Source: a virus
Direction: 5' to 3' (one strand)
Virus record (IMG/VR): IMGVR_UViG_3300045988_171586
DNA: 39,292 nucleotides
The notes below the pieces were generated by a model that ran no database searches, had not been told where the DNA came from, and worked only from the letters and a program-made list of their open reading frames with translations. Within the stretch, counting starts at the first letter, position 1. Each line of letters opens with the position of its first letter. This document shows positions 1 to 7,448 of this stretch, one piece after another. A program made the position numbers and the translations under genes.

Positions 1-400
1 TACACGTGTTCCCCTCTACGAAGCTATCTGTTGTGGAAATGGCGGATTTGTAGATGAAAATATCATTGATATGATACCTGTACCTAGTAAAGGATTAAAT
101 CCTCGTTCTGAATACTTTGCCCAATATGCTAAAGGAGAAAGTATGAAAGATGCTGGTATTAATGATGGTGATCTATTGATTTTTGAAAGAACAAGTCAAG
201 TTGATGATGGAGTTATTGGATGTTTTTGTGATGAAGATAATGTGGCCACATGTAAAAAGTACAAAGAACTTAATGGAATCATTATGTTGCAACCAATGAA
301 TAGTGAGTTTGAACCTATAGTAGTTGACCCATTAAAAGACAATTTTATGTGTCTTGGTAAATTAAAGAAAGTTATTAAAGATTTTGATTGGGAGGATTAA
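1..400 (+). CDS. C-terminal LexA/S24 peptidase-like domain of the same CI repressor. Codons begin at nt 2 and the stop codon is 398..400.
   Basis: Translation from nt 2 reads TRVPLYEAICCGNGGFVDENIIDMIPVPSKG..., matching the end of the window. The S24-like GESMKDAGINDGDLLIF motif and a downstream Lys are present. Confidence 0.85.
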   Translation, partial: TRVPLYEAICCGNGGFVDENIIDMIPVPSKGLNPRSEYFAQYAKGESMKDAGINDGDLLIFERTSQVDDGVIGCFCDEDNVATCKKYKELNGIIMLQPMNSEFEPIVVDPLKDNFMCLGKLKKVIKDFDWED

Positions 401-403
401 CCA

Positions 404-1735
404 ATGGGATTATTCAATAAAAAAGAATTGAAACGTATTGAAGAATTAGAAAAAGAAAATGCTGAATATCTTTCTAAAATTGAACAATTAGGCGCAAAAG
501 AGCTATTTGATATTCAAAATGAAATCAAAGAACTTCAACAAACTAAACTTGATGTAGAAAAAGATATTCAAGAAAAAAATGAAGAGTTATTGGATGTTAA
601 AAGAGATATTAATAGCGCAGTATTTGAGCTTAAAGCAAAAGAAGAAGAAATCAAGCGATTGGATTTAGATCTTGATGTAATGGACTTTGGCATTTATACA
701 CCTAAATACAATTGTATGAATTCTGAAGAATATGCCACAAAAATCAAAGAAAATAGAAACAAACAAAAAGAAATGATAAAAAATAAAACTGCTCTTAACT
801 ATTTTGACAGTTGGACTTTAGATGGAAGTTTAGCAAAAGGTCGAGCAATGAATAATGATAACATGAAAATGTATTTAAGAGCATTTAATAACGAATGTGA
901 TTCATTGATTTCAAAAGTAAAATTTAATAATTTTGATAGAATCGAAGAACGTATTAAAAAATGTGCTAAAGCCTTAGATAAGCTTAATCAAAGAACCAAA
1001 ATATCTGTTTCTTATAAATATTTAAAGCTAAAAATTGATGAACTTCATCTGGTACATGAATATCATTGCAAAAAACAAGAAGAAAAAGATGCAATGCGTG
1101 CTGCAAGAGAAGAAGAACGTGAACAAGCTAAATTACAAAAAGAAATAGAAGAAGCAAGAAAATCCATTACCAAAGAAAAGAAACATTATGAAAATGCTAG
1201 AGAAAAATTTGTTCTTCAATTAGAAAAATGTTCAACTAATAAAGAAAAAAGTGAAATACAATCAAAAATAAAAGAAATAGATGAAAAACTAACCGAAATA
1301 AAAAAGAATTTAGAAAATATAGATTATAGAGAAGCTAACAAAAGAGCTGGTTATGTATACGTTATTTCTAATATTGGTTCATTTGGTGAAGGAATATATA
1401 AAATAGGAATGACAAGAAGATTGGAACCAATGGATCGTGTAGATGAATTAGGTGATGCTTCTGTTCCATTTAAATTTGATGTTCATGCTATGATTTTCAG
1501 TGATGATGCTCCAACACTTGAAAATGCCCTACATAAAGCCTTTGATGATAGAAAAGTAAATATGATCAATGGGCGAAAAGAATTTTTTAGGGTTTCTTTA
1601 GAAGAAATAGAAAAAGTTGTAAAAGAAAATCATGAAAAATTAATAGAATTTAATGAAGTCCCTGATGCGGAACAATATAGAGAAACACTAAAAATAAAAG
1701 AATCATTAATAAAAGGGAAAAAAATAGATGAATAA
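404..1735 (+). CDS. Coiled-coil (DUF4041-like) N-terminus plus a C-terminal T5orf172/GIY-YIG-like domain, 443 aa.
   Basis: The start codon is 4 nt after the cI stop, and the RBS GGGAGGA lies inside the cI 3' end. About 330 aa are Lys/Glu-rich coiled coil. The C-terminus carries the GIY-YIG residues G-Y-V...Y-K-I-G...R-R...E (AGYVYVISNIGSFGEGIYKIGMTRR...LENALHKAF). Confidence 0.75.
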   Translation: MGLFNKKELKRIEELEKENAEYLSKIEQLGAKELFDIQNEIKELQQTKLDVEKDIQEKNEELLDVKRDINSAVFELKAKEEEIKRLDLDLDVMDFGIYTPKYNCMNSEEYATKIKENRNKQKEMIKNKTALNYFDSWTLDGSLAKGRAMNNDNMKMYLRAFNNECDSLISKVKFNNFDRIEERIKKCAKALDKLNQRTKISVSYKYLKLKIDELHLVHEYHCKKQEEKDAMRAAREEEREQAKLQKEIEEARKSITKEKKHYENAREKFVLQLEKCSTNKEKSEIQSKIKEIDEKLTEIKKNLENIDYREANKRAGYVYVISNIGSFGEGIYKIGMTRRLEPMDRVDELGDASVPFKFDVHAMIFSDDAPTLENALHKAFDDRKVNMINGRKEFFRVSLEEIEKVVKENHEKLIEFNEVPDAEQYRETLKIKESLIKGKKIDE

Positions 1736-2411
1736 GAAAGAATTATTAAAATTTTTTTGTTATATGTTTCTAGCAATATGTTTAATTGCATTAATAATAT
1801 TGGGGATATGTTCATTCTTCTACTATTTAGTACCTATTGATTTTCCTGGTACTGTTGGTGAATGGCTATCTTCTCTATCTACTCTTGCTGGTGGAGCTTT
1901 AACTTTAGGCGGTGTTGGGTGGACTATGAAAAAGCAAGAAGAACATAGAGCTGAGGATTTTGAAATTCAAGAAAAGAGAAGAAAAGAAGATTTTGATAAT
2001 CAAGAAAATCAAAGAAAACAGAATTTAGCAATTCGATATCAACCTAACATAAAAATCGATACTATAAAAAACACTTCTGATTCAATATGTATAATAAACA
2101 ATAAAAAATATTTACATGTTTTAGCTATAAATACTGGGCGTGGTGAAGCATTAGATTGTAAATATTACCTACAAAATGAAAGAGATAATTTTTATATGAT
2201 GTCTAGCTTCCCCAAATCTGAAAGTTCATCAATATTTATACCACTTAATGAAAAATCAATTAATCTAAAAGAAAATTATTTACATACAACTATAATTGTT
2301 ACTTATACTGATTTTCTTAAAATTAACAAATATAAAATTATTGCAGAAATTGGTATATCATTTTCTGAAAAATCAATTAATAAAATAATAATAAGTTTGA
2401 CTTCCAAATAA
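1728..2411 (+). CDS. Membrane protein, 227 aa. It has two N-terminal transmembrane helices, a charged 11-aa tandem-repeat linker, and a C-terminal domain of unknown function.
   Basis: It overlaps the upstream gene by 8 nt (ATGAATAA). Hydrophobic stretches are FFCYMFLAICLIALIILGICSFFYYLV and LSTLAGGALTLGGVGW. The linker repeat is EDFEIQEKRRK/EDFDNQENQRK. Confidence 0.7.
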   Translation: MNKKELLKFFCYMFLAICLIALIILGICSFFYYLVPIDFPGTVGEWLSSLSTLAGGALTLGGVGWTMKKQEEHRAEDFEIQEKRRKEDFDNQENQRKQNLAIRYQPNIKIDTIKNTSDSICIINNKKYLHVLAINTGRGEALDCKYYLQNERDNFYMMSSFPKSESSSIFIPLNEKSINLKENYLHTTIIVTYTDFLKINKYKIIAEIGISFSEKSINKIIISLTSK

Positions 2412-2590
2412 AAAACTCCCCTGCTACCAACAGGAGAGTAATTATGATCATCAAGCTCTCACCCAAGATGACCATTAGTAGGAAAAAAGAAAGGGTTTCC
2501 TACCACGTACATACTCATATGTAAAAAGATTTCTCAAGTCCTTTTACGTACTCAATTTTACCACATAGAGCACGTTCAAGGCAAATTAAA

Positions 2591-3742
2591 ATGAAAGGAC
2601 GTGTTTTTATTATGGCTAGAAAAACAACATATAAGCGTAGACCTAATAATTCAGGAACAGTAGTTAAGTTATCAGGAAAGAGAAGAAAGCCCTACTGTGC
2701 AAGAATTTTAAGCAATGATAGAGATTTGATTACTGGTAGAAAGAAACAAGTAGCTATTGGCACTTTTGAAACTGAACTAGAAGCTTTAAATGCTCTATCT
2801 CTTTATCATATGACTTCTAATAGAGAAATAACAAAGAATGAAGCTAAAGAATTGAATAATGACTTATACAACAAAATACAATCCAAAAGAGATAACATAC
2901 CAACATTTAAAGAAATCTTTGATATTTTAAATGAAGAAGAGTTTTCATTGTTATCAAAATCATCAAAAGCTGGATATAATTCATGGATCAAACACTTTAA
3001 AAAAATATATAATAGAAAAATAAATGACATTGACTTGCAAGATTTACAATTTATTTTTGATAATGATAAATGCGGTACAGGAACCAAAAACCATATGAAA
3101 GTACTTTGTATTAAAATTTTCAAATACGCAGTTATTCATCAATATATTAATCGTGATGATGATTATACAGAATTTATTAATTGTGGTAAGAATGAAGAAA
3201 GTAAAAAGCATTATGCCTTCTCATATGATGAAATTAAGCGTTTGAGGGAAGAAAACACCGACATCGCTAAAATTATACTTATTTATATTTTTAGTGGACT
3301 ACGAGCAAATGAATTACTTAATATCGATAGAAAAGATATTCATATTGATGAAGTTTGTAATGATGATGGTGTTGAAAGAAAAGTATCTTATTTCTTTACT
3401 GGTTTAAAAACAGATGCAGGAAGAAACAGAGTTGTTCCAATCCATGATTTTATTAAACCTTTTGTAATTGAATTGCTGCTAAAGAAAAGAAAAAGAATTA
3501 TTGATAATACATATAGTATTTTTAAAGATGCTAGTTTCAATCCATATATGAAAGAATTAAACATGAATCATACCATGCATGATACAAGAGTTACATTTAC
3601 TACTTTATGTCAATTAAATAATGTTGATGTTTTTAGTAGAAAAAGAATTCTTGGCCACAAAATGAAAGATATTACTTTTGATACTTATACTGATACGATC
3701 ATCAATAAATTATTCGTAGAAATAAATAAAATCAAGGTGTGA
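2591..3742 (+). CDS. int: Tyrosine recombinase / phage integrase. An alternative start is at 2612.
   Basis: The N-terminus is an arm-binding-like basic region. The C-terminus carries H-x-x-R (HTMHDTR) and the catalytic-Tyr motif (LGHKMKDITFDTYTD). Confidence 0.9.
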   Translation: MKGRVFIMARKTTYKRRPNNSGTVVKLSGKRRKPYCARILSNDRDLITGRKKQVAIGTFETELEALNALSLYHMTSNREITKNEAKELNNDLYNKIQSKRDNIPTFKEIFDILNEEEFSLLSKSSKAGYNSWIKHFKKIYNRKINDIDLQDLQFIFDNDKCGTGTKNHMKVLCIKIFKYAVIHQYINRDDDYTEFINCGKNEESKKHYAFSYDEIKRLREENTDIAKIILIYIFSGLRANELLNIDRKDIHIDEVCNDDGVERKVSYFFTGLKTDAGRNRVVPIHDFIKPFVIELLLKKRKRIIDNTYSIFKDASFNPYMKELNMNHTMHDTRVTFTTLCQLNNVDVFSRKRILGHKMKDITFDTYTDTIINKLFVEINKIKV

Positions 3743-3744
3743 TT

Positions 3745-3925
3745 TTTGTTACTAATTTGTTACTAATTAGGTACATTTAGTAACATTTAATCGCCCAAAA
3801 CCCTTGATTTTACGTCATTTTCTATTCTATTTTTTTCAAATTTTGAAAATCTATTTACGTAATACTGCGGTGTTTGATAGGTTTGTTACTTATTTGTTAC
3901 TAAATAAGTACATTTTAGCAATAAA
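3745..3925. promoter_or_regulatory. attP-like region with integrase arm-type repeats flanking a core-like segment.
   Basis: TTTGTTACTAA occurs in tandem at 3745..3766 with an inverted copy at 3777..3785. A second tandem pair (TTTGTTACTTA/TTTGTTACTAA) lies at 3881..3902. Both clusters are followed by TAGGTACATTTAG-like motifs. The palindrome TTTCAAA-T-TTTGAAA is at 3833..3847. Confidence 0.5.
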
Positions 3926-3976
3926 ATTCATTGAAAAAATATGATTTTTTTATCCTTATTAATATATACATATACA

Positions 3977-4013
3977 AAAAAACAACCCTAGCTAAATTGG
4001 CTAGGGTCTTTTC
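3977..4013. terminator. Bidirectional Rho-independent terminator between the lysogeny module and the endolysin gene.
   Basis: The stem CCCTAGC/GCTAGGG has loop TAAATTG. It is flanked by an A-run upstream and TCTTTT downstream, so a T-run follows on either strand. Confidence 0.6.
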
Positions 4014-4116
4014 ATGCAATTATTAGTTAATAAATAAAGTTGTTGAAATACTTTTGAAGAAATAGATAATATTCTTTTACTTTTTCTGTTAACTAACAAA
4101 TATATTATACTTCTAA

Positions 4117-4839
4117 TTAGACTTTTTTCAAGTAGTCTCCTGAAAGCCAACCTGAAGGAGTTCTAGCCCATCCATTCTTCCATTCGTAAACAGTTACTCT
4201 TGTTCCTCTTTCAAGACATCCATCTTTATCTTTATCATGTTTCTTTCCATCAGCAGTTAATTCATTATGAGTTTTTCTTCGATAATTAGTTCCAGAACCA
4301 GTTCTAACACTTAAATCACTAGCAGTAACTTCATATGTTCCTGTTGGTCTTTCACTTGATGAAGTCGATTGTGATGGTTTGGCTTGTGTAGGTGTTGAAG
4401 CAATAACTGCTTTTACGATTTCATCAAACGGAAAATTAGTTCCTGGGCAATTAGTAGAGCAAACATCTTTATGTTTTTGAACTTTAGAAATTCCATATTT
4501 TTTCTTTAAATAAGAAACTAATTCTCTACCCGCATTAATTTGTGTTTGACCCATTGTTTCTGTCATATAAGAACCTTCAAAACAAATTCCAATAGAATCA
4601 CTATTTGAACCTTTTGCATGTGATCCAACTGTATTTTCAGGTCTACCACGATAAATAGAGCCATCTTTTCTAACAAAGAAATGATAGCCAATACCTGCCC
4701 ATCCATTTGCTAAATGCCAACTATGGATATCATCTGCAGTACATGATTTTGATTCAGCATGATGTAAGATGATTCTATTTGTTGATTTTCTATTTTTTAA
4801 ATTTCCATTCCATTTATAATTTTTTTCAATAATATTCAT
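4117..4839 (-). CDS. Endolysin: N-acetylmuramoyl-L-alanine amidase (Amidase_2/PGRP-type) with a C-terminal SH3b-like cell-wall-binding domain.
   Basis: Amidase_2 motifs are IILHHAES and GIGYHFFVRKDGSIYRG...SIGICFEGSY. A Thr/Ser-rich linker follows. The C-terminus is SH3b-like (YEWKNGWARTPSGWLSGDYL). Confidence 0.9.
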   Translation of the reverse strand: MNIIEKNYKWNGNLKNRKSTNRIILHHAESKSCTADDIHSWHLANGWAGIGYHFFVRKDGSIYRGRPENTVGSHAKGSNSDSIGICFEGSYMTETMGQTQINAGRELVSYLKKKYGISKVQKHKDVCSTNCPGTNFPFDEIVKAVIASTPTQAKPSQSTSSSERPTGTYEVTASDLSVRTGSGTNYRRKTHNELTADGKKHDKDKDGCLERGTRVTVYEWKNGWARTPSGWLSGDYLKKV

Positions 4840-4854
4840 TTTTCTTTTTCTCCT

Positions 4855-5349
4855 TTATTCTACAAAACTCCAATCATTTGATAACATGTCAGCTTGAGAA
4901 GCTAACCAACCTAATTGAATACCACTTGTCCCATGGAAAGCGATGGCTTTGTTTCCCATATCTACGTGATCTACATTAATAACTTCATCATTAGGTGTTT
5001 TAAAAGATACATTTGTAGCAAGTTCAATATACTGTTCTTTACCGTTCCAACCTTTGCGTTTTACTTTCATTCCACGTTTTAAATACTTTATAGCTTCATC
5101 AAACCCAAATGTAGCAACTCCACCTAACTCAGGACAATTATTCTTATCGGCAATCATCCATTCATTACTACAAATATTTAAAGCTGTATATTCAACTCTT
5201 TCTGTTTCTCTGATGTCTAATTCTTTGCCTTCCTTAGTGTGCATGATGATTGTTTCTTTTTCATTATCATAAAACCAATAACCACTCCAACTTGGAAGTT
5301 TCATTTTCATTCCTTGTTTCATTAATTCTAAAGCTTTTTTAAATTCCAT
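4855..5349 (-). CDS. Tandem-DUF2829 protein (two DUF2829/Tad2-like repeats), 164 aa.
   Basis: Two internal repeats each have the A-x-E-x-x-K-x-G-x-K...GW signature: ALELMKQGMKMKLPSWSGYW and AIKYLKRGMKVKRKGWNGKEQY. The C-terminus is WLASQADMLSNDW, with a first-repeat counterpart SNEWMIADK. Confidence 0.6.
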   Translation of the reverse strand: MEFKKALELMKQGMKMKLPSWSGYWFYDNEKETIIMHTKEGKELDIRETERVEYTALNICSNEWMIADKNNCPELGGVATFGFDEAIKYLKRGMKVKRKGWNGKEQYIELATNVSFKTPNDEVINVDHVDMGNKAIAFHGTSGIQLGWLASQADMLSNDWSFVE

Positions 5350-5393
5350 AATTATTCTCCTTTTTTCAAAATTAAAGAGTAGCCCTTTTTTGA

Positions 5394-5819
5394 CTACTCA
5401 TTCTCTTGATCTTCATCATTGTTTAACTGTTCTAACGCAGTTTTGATTTTATTTGGAATTGGAACACCTAGATTAGAAATGTTTTCTAATAGGCTAATTC
5501 CTTCATTCGCAATATAGAAATACGCTACAAGCGTTCTAAATACCCAAGTGCCACCATTTCCAAGCATACGATCTAATTCCACTCCTACAATAAGAACGGC
5601 TAGAATCATGCATTTTTTAATTAATCCTCTAAAGCCGACCTCACTATTAAGTGTTTTAATTACATAAGCATAAATTACACCTGTCACATAATCTAATACC
5701 ATGAATGTAATTAAAATCTTTAAAGCTAAATCCCAGCCACCAAATAGATACGTAAAAAAAGTAGCTAAGATAGCTACTGCTGTGTTGAATACTTTTTCCA
5801 TATTATTCATTTTCCTCAC
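5394..5819 (-). CDS. Holin of the TcdE/phage_holin_4_1 family (toxin secretion / phage lysis holin).
   Basis: It has three predicted transmembrane segments, the family-typical FMVLDYVTGVIYA motif, and an acidic C-terminus (NNDEDQENE). Confidence 0.85.
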   Translation of the reverse strand: MRKMNNMEKVFNTAVAILATFFTYLFGGWDLALKILITFMVLDYVTGVIYAYVIKTLNSEVGFRGLIKKCMILAVLIVGVELDRMLGNGGTWVFRTLVAYFYIANEGISLLENISNLGVPIPNKIKTALEQLNNDEDQENE

Positions 5820-5822
5820 CTT

Positions 5823-6074
5823 CTACTTAAGAAATACAACACTGTATCCCTTTTCTAAGCCAACAAATGTATCATTAATTGTATTAACAGTTAACATTGT
5901 ATTTGCTCCAGTATAACTATCATTTTGTTGTTCATCTTTAACAACTACTCTAAATAATATATAATCTCCTGCTTTTAAATTCTTTGTATCAGTAATATAG
6001 AATTTATTAACTTGCACATCATTAAATGTTTTTTCACTTACATCTAATGTATATACGTTTGTCTTGTTATCCAT
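5823..6074 (-). CDS. Hypothetical small protein, 83 aa, between the tail-tip genes and the holin.
   Basis: The ORF has no overlap with neighbours and is tightly packed with the holin. No transmembrane segment is visible. Confidence 0.5.
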   Translation of the reverse strand: MDNKTNVYTLDVSEKTFNDVQVNKFYITDTKNLKAGDYILFRVVVKDEQQNDSYTGANTMLTVNTINDTFVGLEKGYSVVFLK

Positions 6075-6090
6075 ATTTTGTCTCCTTTTT

Positions 6091-6474
6091 TTAAGTTGTT
6101 TTGATATATTTCAATATTGCATAGCCTGTTGCATTTTGAAAACCATTTGATTGTCCAACTTGCAATATTAAATTTGTTTTAGTTATTTGAATAGAAATAC
6201 CATCATGATCATCATCTTTATGTGCGCGCGGCATCATGTGGTTTGTTCCATCACTTATTTTCATAAATAAATCACAACTCAATACTCTGTATAAATCTGA
6301 TATATTATGTGGTACATATTTATCCTTGCTATCAAACCCAGTTACGAGTATGACTTTGCAATATATCTTTACTCCGTTTATCCAGTATTCACCCGTAAAC
6401 TGTTCTTCAGTAGAATACTTAAAATAAACATCCTTTTTTCTAACTTTATTTCCAAAAAACTTAATAAATTTCAT
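6091..6474 (-). CDS. Tail-tip / receptor-binding-like paralog 1, 127 aa.
   Basis: The N-terminus MKFIKFFGNKVRKKDVYFKYSTEEQFTGEYWINGVKIY is shared with the paralog at 6908..7321. The C-terminus is divergent. Confidence 0.6.
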   Translation of the reverse strand: MKFIKFFGNKVRKKDVYFKYSTEEQFTGEYWINGVKIYCKVILVTGFDSKDKYVPHNISDLYRVLSCDLFMKISDGTNHMMPRAHKDDDHDGISIQITKTNLILQVGQSNGFQNATGYAILKYIKTT

Positions 6475-6500
6475 TAGTTATGATATTTACTATTCGTTTT

Positions 6501-6890
6501 TTAACGAGCCCAAAGAAATGCTATTGTACTGCTGCTAGATGACCTGTACTGAATTTGATTATTTCCAAGATAATTAAATCCAGCCCAATATGTTGAACTG
6601 TAATAAGCTTGAAAATGTCCATTGCCATCTCCACTTGATGATGCCTGATTAATAACGGCACTTATCGGAATAACAGTACTTGCAAGTATACGATTTGCAT
6701 TAACCGGGTATGTCCCAACAGTCAGTAATAATTCACTATATTGAGATAAATCAACTGTAATAGTCTTAAAACCTCCTGCATTGCCTACATCAACTTTTTT
6801 CCACTCTCTCGTATCATCTAGACTTTTTCCATTTTTGTAAACAACATCCTTTGCTCTAATTTTATTTCCAAAAAGTTTTATGAAACTCAT
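6501..6890 (-). CDS. Tail-tip / receptor-binding-like paralog 2, 129 aa.
   Basis: The N-terminus MSFIKLFGNKIRAKDV matches the first ~17 aa of the other two paralogs. The remainder is unrelated and Ser/Gly-rich. Confidence 0.6.
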   Translation of the reverse strand: MSFIKLFGNKIRAKDVVYKNGKSLDDTREWKKVDVGNAGGFKTITVDLSQYSELLLTVGTYPVNANRILASTVIPISAVINQASSSGDGNGHFQAYYSSTYWAGFNYLGNNQIQYRSSSSSTIAFLWAR

Positions 6891-6907
6891 TTTGACTGCT
6901 AATTTAA

Positions 6908-7321
6908 TTAGTCAAAATCGTGATATGTGTTTTTTGTATAATATATAACAGCAGTTACTGCGTATTTGTTCCAGCCGACACTATTATTAATTATTTGAAG
7001 ACTTGTTTCGTTTATTCTTGCAAACATATCATAAAAAGTCCCTGATGTCGCATTAGAATAATAAACTACTGGTAGTTTGTAAAATGTATTATCACCTTGA
7101 ATAAAAACTTCATAATCAATAAATTCATTTAAATTAACAATATCATGCTTAATATTAACTACACCAGCAGAAGATAATACACCTGTTGATTGTATAACTT
7201 TGCTATATATCTTCTTTCCATCCAACCAATATTCTCCAGTCCATTGTTCTTCGATAGAATATTTAAAGTACACATCCTTTTTTCTCAAGAACATATTCTT
7301 TGGTGGCTTTAGAAATTTCAT
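6908..7321 (-). CDS. Tail-tip / receptor-binding-like paralog 3. The start is corrected to the ATG at 7321, because the ORF-track start at 7327 is a TTG.
   Basis: MKFLKPPKNMFLRKKDVYFKYSIEEQWTGEYWLDGKKIYSKVI aligns with paralog 1. The RBS GGTGA lies 6 nt upstream of the ATG at 7321. Confidence 0.6.
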   Translation of the reverse strand: MKFLKPPKNMFLRKKDVYFKYSIEEQWTGEYWLDGKKIYSKVIQSTGVLSSAGVVNIKHDIVNLNEFIDYEVFIQGDNTFYKLPVVYYSNATSGTFYDMFARINETSLQIINNSVGWNKYAVTAVIYYTKNTYHDFD

Positions 7322-7403
7322 ACACAATCACCACTTGGTCCACTAATTAAATTAGCGCACCTTCTTTCTTTGGAAATGCAATATTTAAATAGTAAATATC
7401 GCA

Positions 7404-7411
7404 CCCCCCCC
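7404..7411. repeat. C8/G8 homopolymer tract in an intergenic mini-ORF.
   Basis: The run gcaCCCCCCCCgaag is the only long G/C homopolymer in a ~30% GC genome. On the - strand it lies inside a 15-codon ORF (7385..7432) that has an AAGGAGG RBS. Confidence 0.9.
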
Positions 7412-7448
7412 GAAGATTTTAAATTCTTGCATAATAGATTTTTCCTCC

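Noticed and set aside
71-400. ORF-track entry 71..400 as a stand-alone 109-aa gene at the window start.
   Set aside because: It has no RBS-linked independent start, and it is in frame with the CI HTH ORF that runs off the window end through the 99-nt duplication. It is therefore the C-terminal S24 domain of the repressor.
2412-2445. A hairpin after the membrane-protein gene (CTCCCCTG...CAGGAGAG) as a terminator.
   Set aside because: The stem is imperfect and no T-run follows. int is probably co-transcribed or has its own promoter in 2450..2590.
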